Positions 10,211-19,442 of a stretch of DNA of 64,000 nucleotides are shown here, one piece after another (position 1 is the first letter of the stretch; the number at the start of each line of letters is the position of its first letter). Origin of the DNA: Candidatus Bathyarchaeota archaeon (lineage in GTDB: Archaea; Thermoproteota; Bathyarchaeia; Bathyarchaeales; Bathycorpusculaceae); contig CAVZPM010000038.1 of assembly GCA_963777155.1 (NCBI GenBank), positions 95,537 through 159,536 of the forward strand. Reading direction: 5' to 3'. The notes under the pieces are model-generated. The model saw nothing but the letters and a program-made list of their open reading frames with translations. It searched no databases and was not told the DNA's origin. A program made the position numbers and the translations under genes.

Positions 10211-10538
10211 AACGAATTGCCTGGTTTTCAAGAGTAACCTCGTAAACCTGGTTCACGTCGAAGGTTACACCGAAGCTGTCGTATTCTTGTTCGGTTAGAA
10301 ACAGGATTATTTTGGGTGTCGCCATCTGAGTGCGTTGTGGTAGAAAAGGCATCTGTGTTTGAAGCGCCTGCATTATGTCCTGTGCCATCTTGGCTTCGTC
10401 AGATTGAGGTCTTACAATGTAAGGATTAACTTCTCTTTCTTCTAGAAGTTCGATTCTTTTTCCAAGGTTACCGTCTAAGTCTCTGGTGGATTCGATTTTG
10501 TTAACTCTAACTCGGAACAAGTATTTCACACTCTCCAT
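10197..10538 (-). CDS. Arcadin-1 family protein
   Basis: KRIELLEER...PKIILFLTEQEYDSFG..FDVNQVYEVTLEN resembles Pyrobaculum arcadin-1 as recalled (KIDVVEEK...PRITLWLTEEE...IDVGDVIEINIEN). Confidence 0.75.
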   Translation of the reverse strand: MESVKYLFRVRVNKIESTRDLDGNLGKRIELLEEREVNPYIVRPQSDEAKMAQDIMQALQTQMPFLPQRTQMATPKIILFLTEQEYDSFGVTFDVNQVYEVTLENQAIRFRKV

Positions 10539-10586
10539 AAGGATAGACAGTCACAGATTTAATTGTTTACACGGTTGTCCTGAGCC

Positions 10587-11180
10587 CTAAGTCGGCGTTT
10601 GAGAAGAAGTGGGTTTTGCTTGTTTTTTGACTTCCGCTATTCGTTTATCGATTAGTCTTAGTTGTTCCTGACTTTTCTTAATCATTTCGCGAAGGTGTTT
10701 CTGCTCAAACTTTAAGTGGTTAAAGTTTTCTTCACTGTTTGATTTATCTTCAAGAAAGGCCGTGAAGGGTGAGGGCACACTTGGCATTGGTATAGTTGCT
10801 GTTTCAATGTTGAGGACATCTCGAGCGAATTCATGGAAAAGACTACTGATGTTGTTGAAGATTTGGGCTTGTTTTACAATGGCGTGTTTGAGGATTGCTT
10901 CGCCAGACTGGGTGATTTTGTATATCTTTAATCTTCTATTTTTCTGGGTCTCCCAATGACCTTTGATGTATCCTGATTTTTCTAGGTCGCGTAGGATGGG
11001 GTAGACACCACCGGCTGTGGGTTGCCAGAAGCCTTTGGTTCGGCTGTTGATTTCTTTCATAATTTCGTAGCCGTGGGAAGGGTTTTTGTTGAGCAGGATA
11101 AGGACGCCCATGCGTATGTAGCCTTTCTGGGCTTCTTTCATCCAGTTTGTTGTTGTCTTGTCTTCAGTTTCTGATGCCAT
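10587..11180 (-). CDS. PadR-family transcriptional regulator
   Basis: SHGYEIMKEI, GGVYPILRDLEKSG, YKITQSG. Confidence 0.93.
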   Translation of the reverse strand: MASETEDKTTTNWMKEAQKGYIRMGVLILLNKNPSHGYEIMKEINSRTKGFWQPTAGGVYPILRDLEKSGYIKGHWETQKNRRLKIYKITQSGEAILKHAIVKQAQIFNNISSLFHEFARDVLNIETATIPMPSVPSPFTAFLEDKSNSEENFNHLKFEQKHLREMIKKSQEQLRLIDKRIAEVKKQAKPTSSQTPT

Positions 11181-11239
11181 CGTGTTTCAAAACTATATTG
11201 TATGTGGGTAATACTTATATTTTACCGCTATATATTGCA

Positions 11240-11254
11240 CTGAATAATATTCAG
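11240..11254. promoter_or_regulatory. Palindrome, candidate PadR operator
   Basis: CTGAATA-A-TATTCAG between padR and the divergent ABC operon. Confidence 0.5.
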
Positions 11255-11271
11255 ATTAATGAGGAAGCAAA

Positions 11272-12291
11272 ATGGCAAATGAATCCATAATCGAGGTAGA
11301 TCATCTAACAAAGATGTTCAACAAGTTCACAGCCGTAGATGATATATCATTCGATGTTAAAAAAGGCGAAATCTTCGGGTTACTGGGTCCAAACGGAGCA
11401 GGTAAAAGCACCACACTACGTATGCTCTCCACCCTATCAAGACCTACAAAGGGGAAAGCAACTATTGGTGGATACGATACTGTAAAGAATGACATGGAAG
11501 TACGCAAACTCATCGGCATCGTCTCTGAAAAAATGATTATCTACAACCGCCTAACTGCTAAAGAAAACCTCTGGTTCTTCGGAAGCCTCTTCAACATCCC
11601 CAAAGACACACTAAACAAAAGAATCGATGAGTTACTCGAACTGGTACAACTTACCAAATGGAAGAATGCCCAAGTCGGCACGTTTTCAACTGGCATGCGG
11701 CAGAGAATGAACGTAGTACGCGCCCTACTCAACATGCCTCAGGTTCTATTCCTCGACGAACCCACGCTTGGTTTAGATCCCCAGTCATCAGTGGAAATTA
11801 GGGATTTCATAAAAAAGCTCAATCAGGAACAAGGAACCACAGTAATCATAACTACCCACATGATGGTTGACGCTGACCTGTTATGTGACCGGATAGCAAT
11901 CGTTGACCACGGAAAAATCATTGCACTCGACACTTCAACTAACCTTAAAAAAATAATTTCAGGAGGAGACACCATGATTATAAAACTTGAAATCGCAAAC
12001 CTAACACCTGACATGTTAAATGCTGTTAAAACACTCAAATGCGCCGACGCAGTAACCCAAGAAAACTCGACCAGACTGCACCTTATCGTTCACGGTGAAG
12101 AAGCCTTCGACAATATAATCGATGCAGTTAGACAGAAAAACGGAAAAATCACTTCCATGGAAAACCTGCAGCCTTCACTGGAAGACGTATTCTTACACAT
12201 TACAGGCCATGAAGTCAGGGATAGCGCGGACCAGAAAATCAAGCAGGAACATGGTCCAAGGTTTGGCGCAGCGCCAAAGAGAGTAAGGTGA
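11272..12291 (+). CDS. ABC exporter ATP-binding subunit (DrrA-like)
   Basis: GPNGAGKS, FSTGMRQR, LFLDEPT. Confidence 0.95.
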   Translation: MANESIIEVDHLTKMFNKFTAVDDISFDVKKGEIFGLLGPNGAGKSTTLRMLSTLSRPTKGKATIGGYDTVKNDMEVRKLIGIVSEKMIIYNRLTAKENLWFFGSLFNIPKDTLNKRIDELLELVQLTKWKNAQVGTFSTGMRQRMNVVRALLNMPQVLFLDEPTLGLDPQSSVEIRDFIKKLNQEQGTTVIITTHMMVDADLLCDRIAIVDHGKIIALDTSTNLKKIISGGDTMIIKLEIANLTPDMLNAVKTLKCADAVTQENSTRLHLIVHGEEAFDNIIDAVRQKNGKITSMENLQPSLEDVFLHITGHEVRDSADQKIKQEHGPRFGAAPKRVR

Positions 12292-13478
12292 TAGATATGA
12301 CTGCACTGACTGTAATGCAACATAGCTTCCGAATCGCTAAAAAAGACTTAACTGAACTGTTCCGAAACAGGCTCGGATTAGTGCTTCTAATCGTTATGCC
12401 TTTGTTCATGATGGTTATGGTTGGTTTTATTTATCCATCTAACGGTACAATTACCGACCTAAAAATTGGAATTGTAAACGAGGATTCAGGCTTTAACAAT
12501 GTTTTTGCGAGCCAAAGCTTCCTCTTGGGCTTACAAGGCATTAACAATCAAACCCACATGCTTATCATAACCAATGTATCAAGCACGGCAAACCTCAGGG
12601 ATACAGTGCAAAGAGGACAACTTCAAGGCGGCATAGTGATCCCAGAAAACTTCAGTCAAAGCCTCCTATCTGGGCAGCAAGGCACAATAATCATAGTTAG
12701 CGACGAATCTAATCCGCAGATATCAGCCACAATTCAAGCCGCATTATCTGGAGTCTTTAGCGCGATGGGGCAGCAGCTAGCCATACAAAATGTTCTTCCG
12801 TTGAATGCAACGAACCCGCTTGCAGTCATACAACCCTACAGCGTCAAAACTCAAGGCGTAGTTTCGGGTCACCCAAGCTATTTTGACTTCATCGCCCCAG
12901 GCATAATGGCTATGACTGTTATGATGAGCGTCATGACGGGTTTGCCAGTCGCAATCTCACAGGAGAAAGAAATTGGAACGATGGACGGCATGATGGTTGC
13001 ACCAGTTAATCGTCTATCGATTCTGCTTGGCAAAACTATGGCTCAAACTGGAAGAGGCTTGATCCAAGGACTCATAATCTTGGGGTTGGCAATCGGCATA
13101 TTTGGGGTCGCCATTCAGGGCAGTATCCTGCTAGTGTTTGCACTTTTGCTACTCGGAGTTTTTAGCTTCGTGGGCTTAGGCATAGTAATTACATCCTTCA
13201 CCAAAGACCAAGAAACTGCTCAAATGCTTATGATGACATTGATGTTCCCGATGATGTTCCTTAGCGGAGTGTTCTTCCCCATACAACAAATGCCATGGTA
13301 CATGCAGGACATAAGCAAAGTGCTTCCGTTAACATACGCAAGCGATGCTCTAAGAAAAGTCATGGTGCTAGGCGCAGGCATACCGCAGATAGCTAACGAA
13401 CTCATAATCTTGATCGTATTCGGAATAGTCATGATTGCAATCGCACTGCCTGTCTTCCGCAGAATGATGACACGATAG
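12288..13478 (+). CDS. ABC-2 type permease
   Basis: QEKEIGTMDG, FLSGVFFP, LPLTY; multiple TM helices. Confidence 0.93.
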   Translation: MIDMTALTVMQHSFRIAKKDLTELFRNRLGLVLLIVMPLFMMVMVGFIYPSNGTITDLKIGIVNEDSGFNNVFASQSFLLGLQGINNQTHMLIITNVSSTANLRDTVQRGQLQGGIVIPENFSQSLLSGQQGTIIIVSDESNPQISATIQAALSGVFSAMGQQLAIQNVLPLNATNPLAVIQPYSVKTQGVVSGHPSYFDFIAPGIMAMTVMMSVMTGLPVAISQEKEIGTMDGMMVAPVNRLSILLGKTMAQTGRGLIQGLIILGLAIGIFGVAIQGSILLVFALLLLGVFSFVGLGIVITSFTKDQETAQMLMMTLMFPMMFLSGVFFPIQQMPWYMQDISKVLPLTYASDALRKVMVLGAGIPQIANELIILIVFGIVMIAIALPVFRRMMTR

Positions 13479-13488
13479 GAGAACCAGC

Positions 13489-13644
13489 ATGAGCACACTC
13501 TGTTCCAAATGCCCCTTCTTTCAACTTGCCCCACTTTTGAGGCGCAAAAACGCACGTAAACGATGCCGCATCGAACCCCAAAGACAACTACGCATCTATG
13601 AATGCAAAGACTTCCCTGAAAAAAAGGGACTCTTCAAAAAATAA
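13489..13644 (+). CDS. 51-aa basic four-Cys microprotein
   Basis: MSTLCSKCPFFQLAPLLRRKNARKRCRIEPQRQLRIYECKDFPEKKGLFKK; AGGAG upstream; below ORF-track cutoff. Confidence 0.55.
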   Translation: MSTLCSKCPFFQLAPLLRRKNARKRCRIEPQRQLRIYECKDFPEKKGLFKK

Positions 13645-13798
13645 CTATATTCTTTTTCCAATATTACTTATGCGTGCCCTCACTTTATCTAGAGGATCTT
13701 AACTTTATCGACTTCAAAATACTTTGTTTTTATACTCAATTGGTATTTATAGCTTGCAAAACATACACATGGCTATATTTTCCTAATGGAGAAAGGTA

Positions 13799-15733
13799 AT
13801 GATTAAGCTGCCAAGCCAAGTCGCAGAATATTTCCCCTATGATAGCGTGCGACCCCACCAAGACGAATTCATCAGCACCGTCTACAATGCCGTAAGCAGC
13901 CGACGATCGGTTCTAATCGAAGGTAGCAACGGCTTGGGGAAAACAATATCTGCCCTCTCTGCTGTTTTGCCCATTGCCATTGAGAAAAAACTCAAAATAC
14001 TCTACGTTGCTCGAACACACCGCCAACATGACCGTGTTATCGAAGAACTGCGAGCGGTTTTCCGAAAACACCAAATCTCAGGGCTCTCTATCCGCGGACG
14101 CAACGAAATGTGTCTCAACGTCTTTGCCGCAAGGGGTGCTTTCGACTCGAAATCGCTCATGGAAGTCTGCGAACTCCTAAAAGCCAAGAATAGATGCCCA
14201 TATTTCACTAACGTTGACGAACGTACCTATGATTACCTACAGCTTCAGCAGCAAGTTGCCAGCCGCCCCTATATGGGCTCAGAAATCCAGCGGATATGCA
14301 AAAAAAAGGAAATCTGCCCCTACGAACTCGTAAAAAACGCTCTGTCAGACTGCAAAGTTATAGCCTTAAGCTATCTCTATGTGTTCGACCCAGTAATCCG
14401 CACACCTTTCCTTAAGAATCTTGAAACAGAACTTCAAAAAATCATATTAATCGTAGACGAAGCACACAATCTGCCTGAAACCGCCATAGACATCTCAGGC
14501 AGTAACCTCACATTATTTGTGATGAAAGCAGCAGAAAATGAAGCCAGCAAATTCGGCAACAAAGACATCGAGGAGTTCGCCCACTTCTTCAGAGTTGAAG
14601 TTGAAAAAATAACCGAAAAAATAAGCCGTGAACAAATAATTTCAGCAGATAGCGTCATCGAAATTATCCAGAAGCAAGGAAACATCACACGACCAAGAGA
14701 ATTCTTTGAGCATATGCATGAAATCGGCGGTTCAATTAAGAAGAACCTCTTAGCTGAGGGTAAAAACCCACGTTCCTACGTTCACTCTATGGCTGAATTT
14801 CTACTTAAATGGTATGATACGATGCATGATGACTCTTTTATCAACGTCGCAAGCCGATATTTCAACAAAGAAAACAGCAAAACTGCCAAACTCGAAATAG
14901 TTGCGCTTGACCCATCCAAAGTCACCCAGCCCGTTTTTTCCTCAACATACGCCAACGTGATCATGTCTGGGACACTTCAGCCATTGGAGGCTTTTGCACG
15001 AATAACACGATTACCCGAGAGCACCGTAAAGTTTCTCGTACCCTCACCTTTTCCAAAAGAACACGTCTTCTCGGCCGTCAGCTGCGGCGTCACAACATCC
15101 ATGGAGAAAAGAACCCCCGCAATGTACCAGACGATGATAGAACGGATAAACGAAGTCGTAAACAGCACCCCAACCAACACAGGAATCTTTACCGCATCGT
15201 TTGAAGTCCTAAACTCGCTACTTGTCGAAGGCTTAGAAAATACTCTTTTAAAACCGCTGTTTCATGAAAAGCGCGGTATGACTTCCAAAGCAAACGAGAA
15301 AATAGTCGGAGACTTTAAGGCGTGCGGGGACAAGGGAGGCGCCGTATTTTTGGGTGTTCAAGGCGGCAGAACTTCGGAGGGCGTGGATTTTCCGGGTAAT
15401 CAAATGAACTCAGTTGTAGTCGTGGGGGTACCATATGCTGAGCCAACTCCTAGAGTTAAGGCCCAGATTGAATACTATGACAAGTGTTTTCCTGGGCTTG
15501 GACGCGAATACGGCTACGTTTTGCCTGCTATGAAAAAAGCTTCGCAGGCTGCAGGAAGACCAATCAGAACATTGGAGGACAGAGGCGCCATCGTCTTCTT
15601 GGATTATCGCTTCTCAACAGCCTACTGCAAGAATTTCTTGCCATCATGGATAACCAGTGGCATGAAAGTATTGCCAGACAAAAAAGGCGTTCTAGGCGTT
15701 GAAGTTAGCAGTTTCTTTAGAGTTCAAGCCTGA
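13799..15733 (+). CDS. xpd: XPD/Rad3-family Fe-S DNA helicase
   Basis: GLGKT, Fe-S cysteines including CPY motifs, DEAHN, SGTL, SEGVDF, QAAGRPIR. Confidence 0.92.
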   Translation: MIKLPSQVAEYFPYDSVRPHQDEFISTVYNAVSSRRSVLIEGSNGLGKTISALSAVLPIAIEKKLKILYVARTHRQHDRVIEELRAVFRKHQISGLSIRGRNEMCLNVFAARGAFDSKSLMEVCELLKAKNRCPYFTNVDERTYDYLQLQQQVASRPYMGSEIQRICKKKEICPYELVKNALSDCKVIALSYLYVFDPVIRTPFLKNLETELQKIILIVDEAHNLPETAIDISGSNLTLFVMKAAENEASKFGNKDIEEFAHFFRVEVEKITEKISREQIISADSVIEIIQKQGNITRPREFFEHMHEIGGSIKKNLLAEGKNPRSYVHSMAEFLLKWYDTMHDDSFINVASRYFNKENSKTAKLEIVALDPSKVTQPVFSSTYANVIMSGTLQPLEAFARITRLPESTVKFLVPSPFPKEHVFSAVSCGVTTSMEKRTPAMYQTMIERINEVVNSTPTNTGIFTASFEVLNSLLVEGLENTLLKPLFHEKRGMTSKANEKIVGDFKACGDKGGAVFLGVQGGRTSEGVDFPGNQMNSVVVVGVPYAEPTPRVKAQIEYYDKCFPGLGREYGYVLPAMKKASQAAGRPIRTLEDRGAIVFLDYRFSTAYCKNFLPSWITSGMKVLPDKKGVLGVEVSSFFRVQA

Positions 15734-16809
15734 ACTTCTTGAAGTTTCTGGTCGACAACAACTTTTCCGATAACAATCCTAAACGGTTTCGGTAAAACCG
15801 AGGTTTGAATTTTCAATGTTTTCCTTTCTTGATTGACCTCACGAAGTACGCCTATACCTAAGAACTTTGTTCCTCGACCATATAAGCTGACGAGGATGCC
15901 TTTTTCTGGTTCTTGATTTTTTGGAATGGCACCTCTGGGTTCAATTGTTACTTGGCTTTTTGGATAGCATTGTAGCTTTGCTTTTCTAAGGTACCGAGTA
16001 TAGGTCATTTCGCGAAGAATTTTGCGTTTTTCTGGAGTACGCTGCTTAAGAGCAAAAGATGGCTCGACCACGACTAATGGCGTTTCCAAGTGTGCAATCA
16101 GGGTGGCAAGTTCATCCTGCGTTTGAAGAGCTACGACGACATCTGGCTTTAAAGCCTTAACCAAGTCAGCCTTGTATTGGACAGCGATCTCGCCGTTTAT
16201 GAATCCATCAGTATTAATGAGGACAAAATCAACTTGTCCCTGCAAAATCTCAGCTTCCATGGCAGATAAACCCTCAATAATCTTAGACGTGGCAGTTATC
16301 GGTGAGGTAGTGCCAATGAAAAATGCGTTCCTCAGCTTTAAGTCATAAAGCTCAGCGACACGCTTTGAAACTAGAGCGTAGCCAACTGTGGCTGAAGGGC
16401 CAATGTCAGATTGACCTACGTCGCCGTCCAAAACTGCAACTTTACATTTTCCATCTATTAGATTATTTAGCAAATAAGTGCATAAGCTACTTTTACCGCA
16501 GTCAGATCCCCCTAAAATCATGGCAACTACTGGGCGTTTCTGCAAACTTAAAATTGTTTCAACCGCTTTAGCCCATGAAAGCGGATTGGTGTTACCCACG
16601 GTTTCAGCTATTCCAGAGTTGACACCCAAGGAAACGTCGAATGTCGATTTCTCCATAACAAAGAAAGGCAGGCGTTTTCCGCCTCTTATTAGAACTCGCT
16701 GGGTTTCTTTCATGGGGTAACCGAATACTTCTGATTTTCCCGCGACAAGTCGCACGGACGCTGGACCATCAACAAGCATTGTTTTATTGGATTCGACTGT
16801 GTGCTGCAA
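15724..16809 (-). CDS. Clp1/Grc3-family polynucleotide 5'-OH kinase
   Basis: GGSDCGKSS, DGDVGQSDIGP, NTDG. Confidence 0.9.
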   Translation of the reverse strand: MQHTVESNKTMLVDGPASVRLVAGKSEVFGYPMKETQRVLIRGGKRLPFFVMEKSTFDVSLGVNSGIAETVGNTNPLSWAKAVETILSLQKRPVVAMILGGSDCGKSSLCTYLLNNLIDGKCKVAVLDGDVGQSDIGPSATVGYALVSKRVAELYDLKLRNAFFIGTTSPITATSKIIEGLSAMEAEILQGQVDFVLINTDGFINGEIAVQYKADLVKALKPDVVVALQTQDELATLIAHLETPLVVVEPSFALKQRTPEKRKILREMTYTRYLRKAKLQCYPKSQVTIEPRGAIPKNQEPEKGILVSLYGRGTKFLGIGVLREVNQERKTLKIQTSVLPKPFRIVIGKVVVDQKLQEVQA

Positions 16810-17440
16810 TTGTCTTTCTCCTTGAAATGATATTTCCGATTCTTCCAGCTATGCATGTAGCTGACGAAATATGCCTAACCCCCCTACTACGTTTGTTTTC
16901 TTTTAGAGGTTTATTTGTTCCTGCCTCATCCACAACTTCTATAGTGATCTGATGGGGCAATGCATTATCCAATTCTCCGAGCATCTCTTTGTAGATGGGA
17001 ACACCATTCCCAATCTTGACTGAAACTGAGGTTATAGCAAAATCAACGTTGCCCAATATTTTGATTATGCTGCAGATTACTTCTTCACTGCTAAAGCAGT
17101 TACCTTCCTCAATAACTTTTCCGTCAGCCACAGCAACCAATCCAGTTGCTACCCCCGGATCCAAGCCGAAAATTATTCTTGCGAAGGCTTCCTTTCCCAA
17201 AAGAGTTTTCTTTACTTCATCAATAAGACTGTCAAGTTTATCTTCACCCTGAAAAATGAGGATTTTTTCATGGCCAACCAAGTGCTTTTCTTCAGGAGTT
17301 GTTATAACTAACTTTATTTTTCCAGGCACAGATTGCCCTGGAAGTAAACTGACAAAGGCGATGTTTTTTTCATTTAATTTGTTAACGATAAGGAAGTATG
17401 CTTTGCCTTGTACTGTGGCAACCGCGACTTTTTCTTTCAT
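16784..17440 (-). CDS. Hypothetical protein with RNase H-like (YqgF/RuvC-like) domain
   Basis: IIFGLDPGVATG and EVVDEAGT motifs. Confidence 0.65.
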   Translation of the reverse strand: MKEKVAVATVQGKAYFLIVNKLNEKNIAFVSLLPGQSVPGKIKLVITTPEEKHLVGHEKILIFQGEDKLDSLIDEVKKTLLGKEAFARIIFGLDPGVATGLVAVADGKVIEEGNCFSSEEVICSIIKILGNVDFAITSVSVKIGNGVPIYKEMLGELDNALPHQITIEVVDEAGTNKPLKENKRSRGVRHISSATCIAGRIGNIISRRKTIAAHSRIQ

Positions 17441-17502
17441 AAACCAGCCTTAAAGGGTAGATTTAAGTGCAAAACACATTACTAGCTTCAGGTTAATAAT
17501 CC

Positions 17503-18213
17503 TTGACGTGTAAGAATATGGTTGTAATCCAGACAGGCATCAAATGCATCGACGGAGTCATCGGCGGAGGCATCTTGCCTGAATCAGTAACTCTGATTTA
17601 TGGTGAACCTGAAACTGGAAAAACTACGCTTGCCATACAATGCGCTGTTAACTGCGCCTTCAAGAACCTTAAAGTGCTTTATGTTGACTGTGACAATACC
17701 TTTTACACTAAAAGGTTATCACAGATAGCGAAAGACCGTTTTGATGAGGTAGCTGAACGCATTGTTCTAGTTAAGCCCAAGGATTTCAAGGAACAAACCG
17801 CCGTAATAGACCAAATTCAAGACTACACTGCAAACGTTGGATTAATAATAATAGACACGTTTACCTCGCTTTATGGTGCTAAAGTCTCTGAATCCTCGAA
17901 CAGAGCATTTAGTACTAACCGTGAGTTGAACCGACAGTTGGCTATTTTGGCACAAACGGTGAAAATCCGGAAAATCCCTGTTTTAATCACAAGCCAAGTC
18001 CGTAGCGTCATAAGCGACCAGACGGCAAGTGTTAGACCCGTAGCAACTCGAGTTTTAAAGTTCTGGGCTGATACAATAATTGCCCTTAAACCCACCCAAA
18101 ACCGACAAACTATCAAGGCGATGCTGGAGAAGACAAAAGAAACTGCTCATGATGCAACGTGTTATATACAAATAGGGGAAAGCGGAATACAAGATACACA
18201 ACTGCCCCAATGA
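17503..18213 (+). CDS. radB: RadB-like RecA-family ATPase
   Basis: GEPETGKTT, LIIIDT, ITSQVR; lacks the RadA N-terminal domain. Confidence 0.8.
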   Translation: MTCKNMVVIQTGIKCIDGVIGGGILPESVTLIYGEPETGKTTLAIQCAVNCAFKNLKVLYVDCDNTFYTKRLSQIAKDRFDEVAERIVLVKPKDFKEQTAVIDQIQDYTANVGLIIIDTFTSLYGAKVSESSNRAFSTNRELNRQLAILAQTVKIRKIPVLITSQVRSVISDQTASVRPVATRVLKFWADTIIALKPTQNRQTIKAMLEKTKETAHDATCYIQIGESGIQDTQLPQ

Positions 18214-18226
18214 TGGTTGAAAACTA

Positions 18227-18754
18227 ATGGATGTTGCCCTGCTAGTAGTTGAAGCATTGAAATTTATTTTCCCCGCCTACTGTGCTAACGCGACGCCGGT
18301 GCTTGCAGGAGGCGGAACACGAATGGATTTTGGCAGAAACTTTGTAGATGGTAAACGGATTTTTGGCAATAACAAAACGTTTAGGGGCTTTTTTTTCGGT
18401 TGGGGTGTCGGCATAATGGTTGGGTTGGTTGAAGGCTTGGTGTTTGGTTTTCAAAATTTTCCAGTTATTTTTAGTCTACTTATCCCCTTGGGGGCGCTCT
18501 TGGGCGATTTGACGGGTGCTTTCATTAAAAGAAGATTTGGCATTGCACCAGGCGGGCTTTTGCCAATTGTTGATCAGGTTGACTTTGTGATAGGCGCCGT
18601 CGTGTTTTCATTACCTTTATCGCTTCTAGGTTGGCAAACGGCATATACGCCTTTTTGGCAAGTAATAGTTGCAGCACTGTTGATTACGCCACCTATCCAC
18701 CTTTTCACTAACTTTTGTGCTTACAAGCTAAAGTTGAAAAAACATCCATGGTAA
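18227..18754 (+). CDS. carS: CDP-archaeol synthase
   Basis: PAYCANATP, NKTFRG, GDLTGAFIKRR, DQVDF. Confidence 0.93.
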   Translation: MDVALLVVEALKFIFPAYCANATPVLAGGGTRMDFGRNFVDGKRIFGNNKTFRGFFFGWGVGIMVGLVEGLVFGFQNFPVIFSLLIPLGALLGDLTGAFIKRRFGIAPGGLLPIVDQVDFVIGAVVFSLPLSLLGWQTAYTPFWQVIVAALLITPPIHLFTNFCAYKLKLKKHPW

Positions 18755-18790
18755 AGGAATAATAAAATAAGAAATGCTTTGCGGAAAAAA

Positions 18791-19228
18791 TTATTGTCCG
18801 CCGTTTATTTTGAACTGTATTGAACCTTCCAGGAACACATATGCTAGCAACAAGAATGTGACTCCTACAACAAGAAGCATGTATGCTTGCCTTGGTTTAT
18901 ACGCGCTTTTTGAACTCTGGTAAATAGCTAGCAGCCCTACAAAGCCCAGTCCGTAGAGAATGGCTGAGATTATGGTGTCAGAAATAAATTGGTGGCTAAT
19001 GTCTGGGTATAAGAAAAAGAAGCGCCCGTTAACGTATGCTGAAGGTTGATGAGCTGCTGCGTCAGGACCAATAAGAGTATACAAGCCTCCGCCCAACAGG
19101 AAAACTGCGTAGGCTAATCCAACTACCGTGATTATAAACGCTGTAGGTGCATTGGTCGTGATTTTGCGGAACCATCGACTAAGCGAAAATGAGAAGCCTT
19201 CAGAACTTTTCTTTATTTTTTGAGTCAT
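18791..19228 (-). CDS. 3-TM membrane protein resembling OSTC/DC2 (OST3/OST6 family)
   Basis: LLGGGLYTLI..PS...FLYPDISHQFISDTIISAILYGLGFVG parallels recalled DC2 ITGGIIYDVI..PPS...[27 protein letters not shown]. Confidence 0.65.
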   Translation of the reverse strand: MTQKIKKSSEGFSFSLSRWFRKITTNAPTAFIITVVGLAYAVFLLGGGLYTLIGPDAAAHQPSAYVNGRFFFLYPDISHQFISDTIISAILYGLGFVGLLAIYQSSKSAYKPRQAYMLLVVGVTFLLLAYVFLEGSIQFKINGGQ

Positions 19229-19442
19229 CTTTGTTCGCTTCCTCAATTAGGTACTTTAATACATCTTTAGCCCATACTCCAGTTAATGAATTTTTCTGAA
19301 TCTTGAACAGATATTGACTCCAAGAAACATCACACGCCCTCTGCCAAACCCCAAATTTCTCGCAAATATTCTTGTAAGCTTTCAAATGCAACATACAAAA
19401 GCCTTCATCTTTCACTTCGCGGCTACACACTTTGCACTTCAT
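19200..19442 (-). CDS. Small Zn-finger protein (CxxC...CxxH)
   Basis: MKCKVCSREVKDEGFCMLH...; ATG overlaps the topA TGA (ATGA). Confidence 0.75.
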   Translation of the reverse strand: MKCKVCSREVKDEGFCMLHLKAYKNICEKFGVWQRACDVSWSQYLFKIQKNSLTGVWAKDVLKYLIEEANKDDSKNKEKF

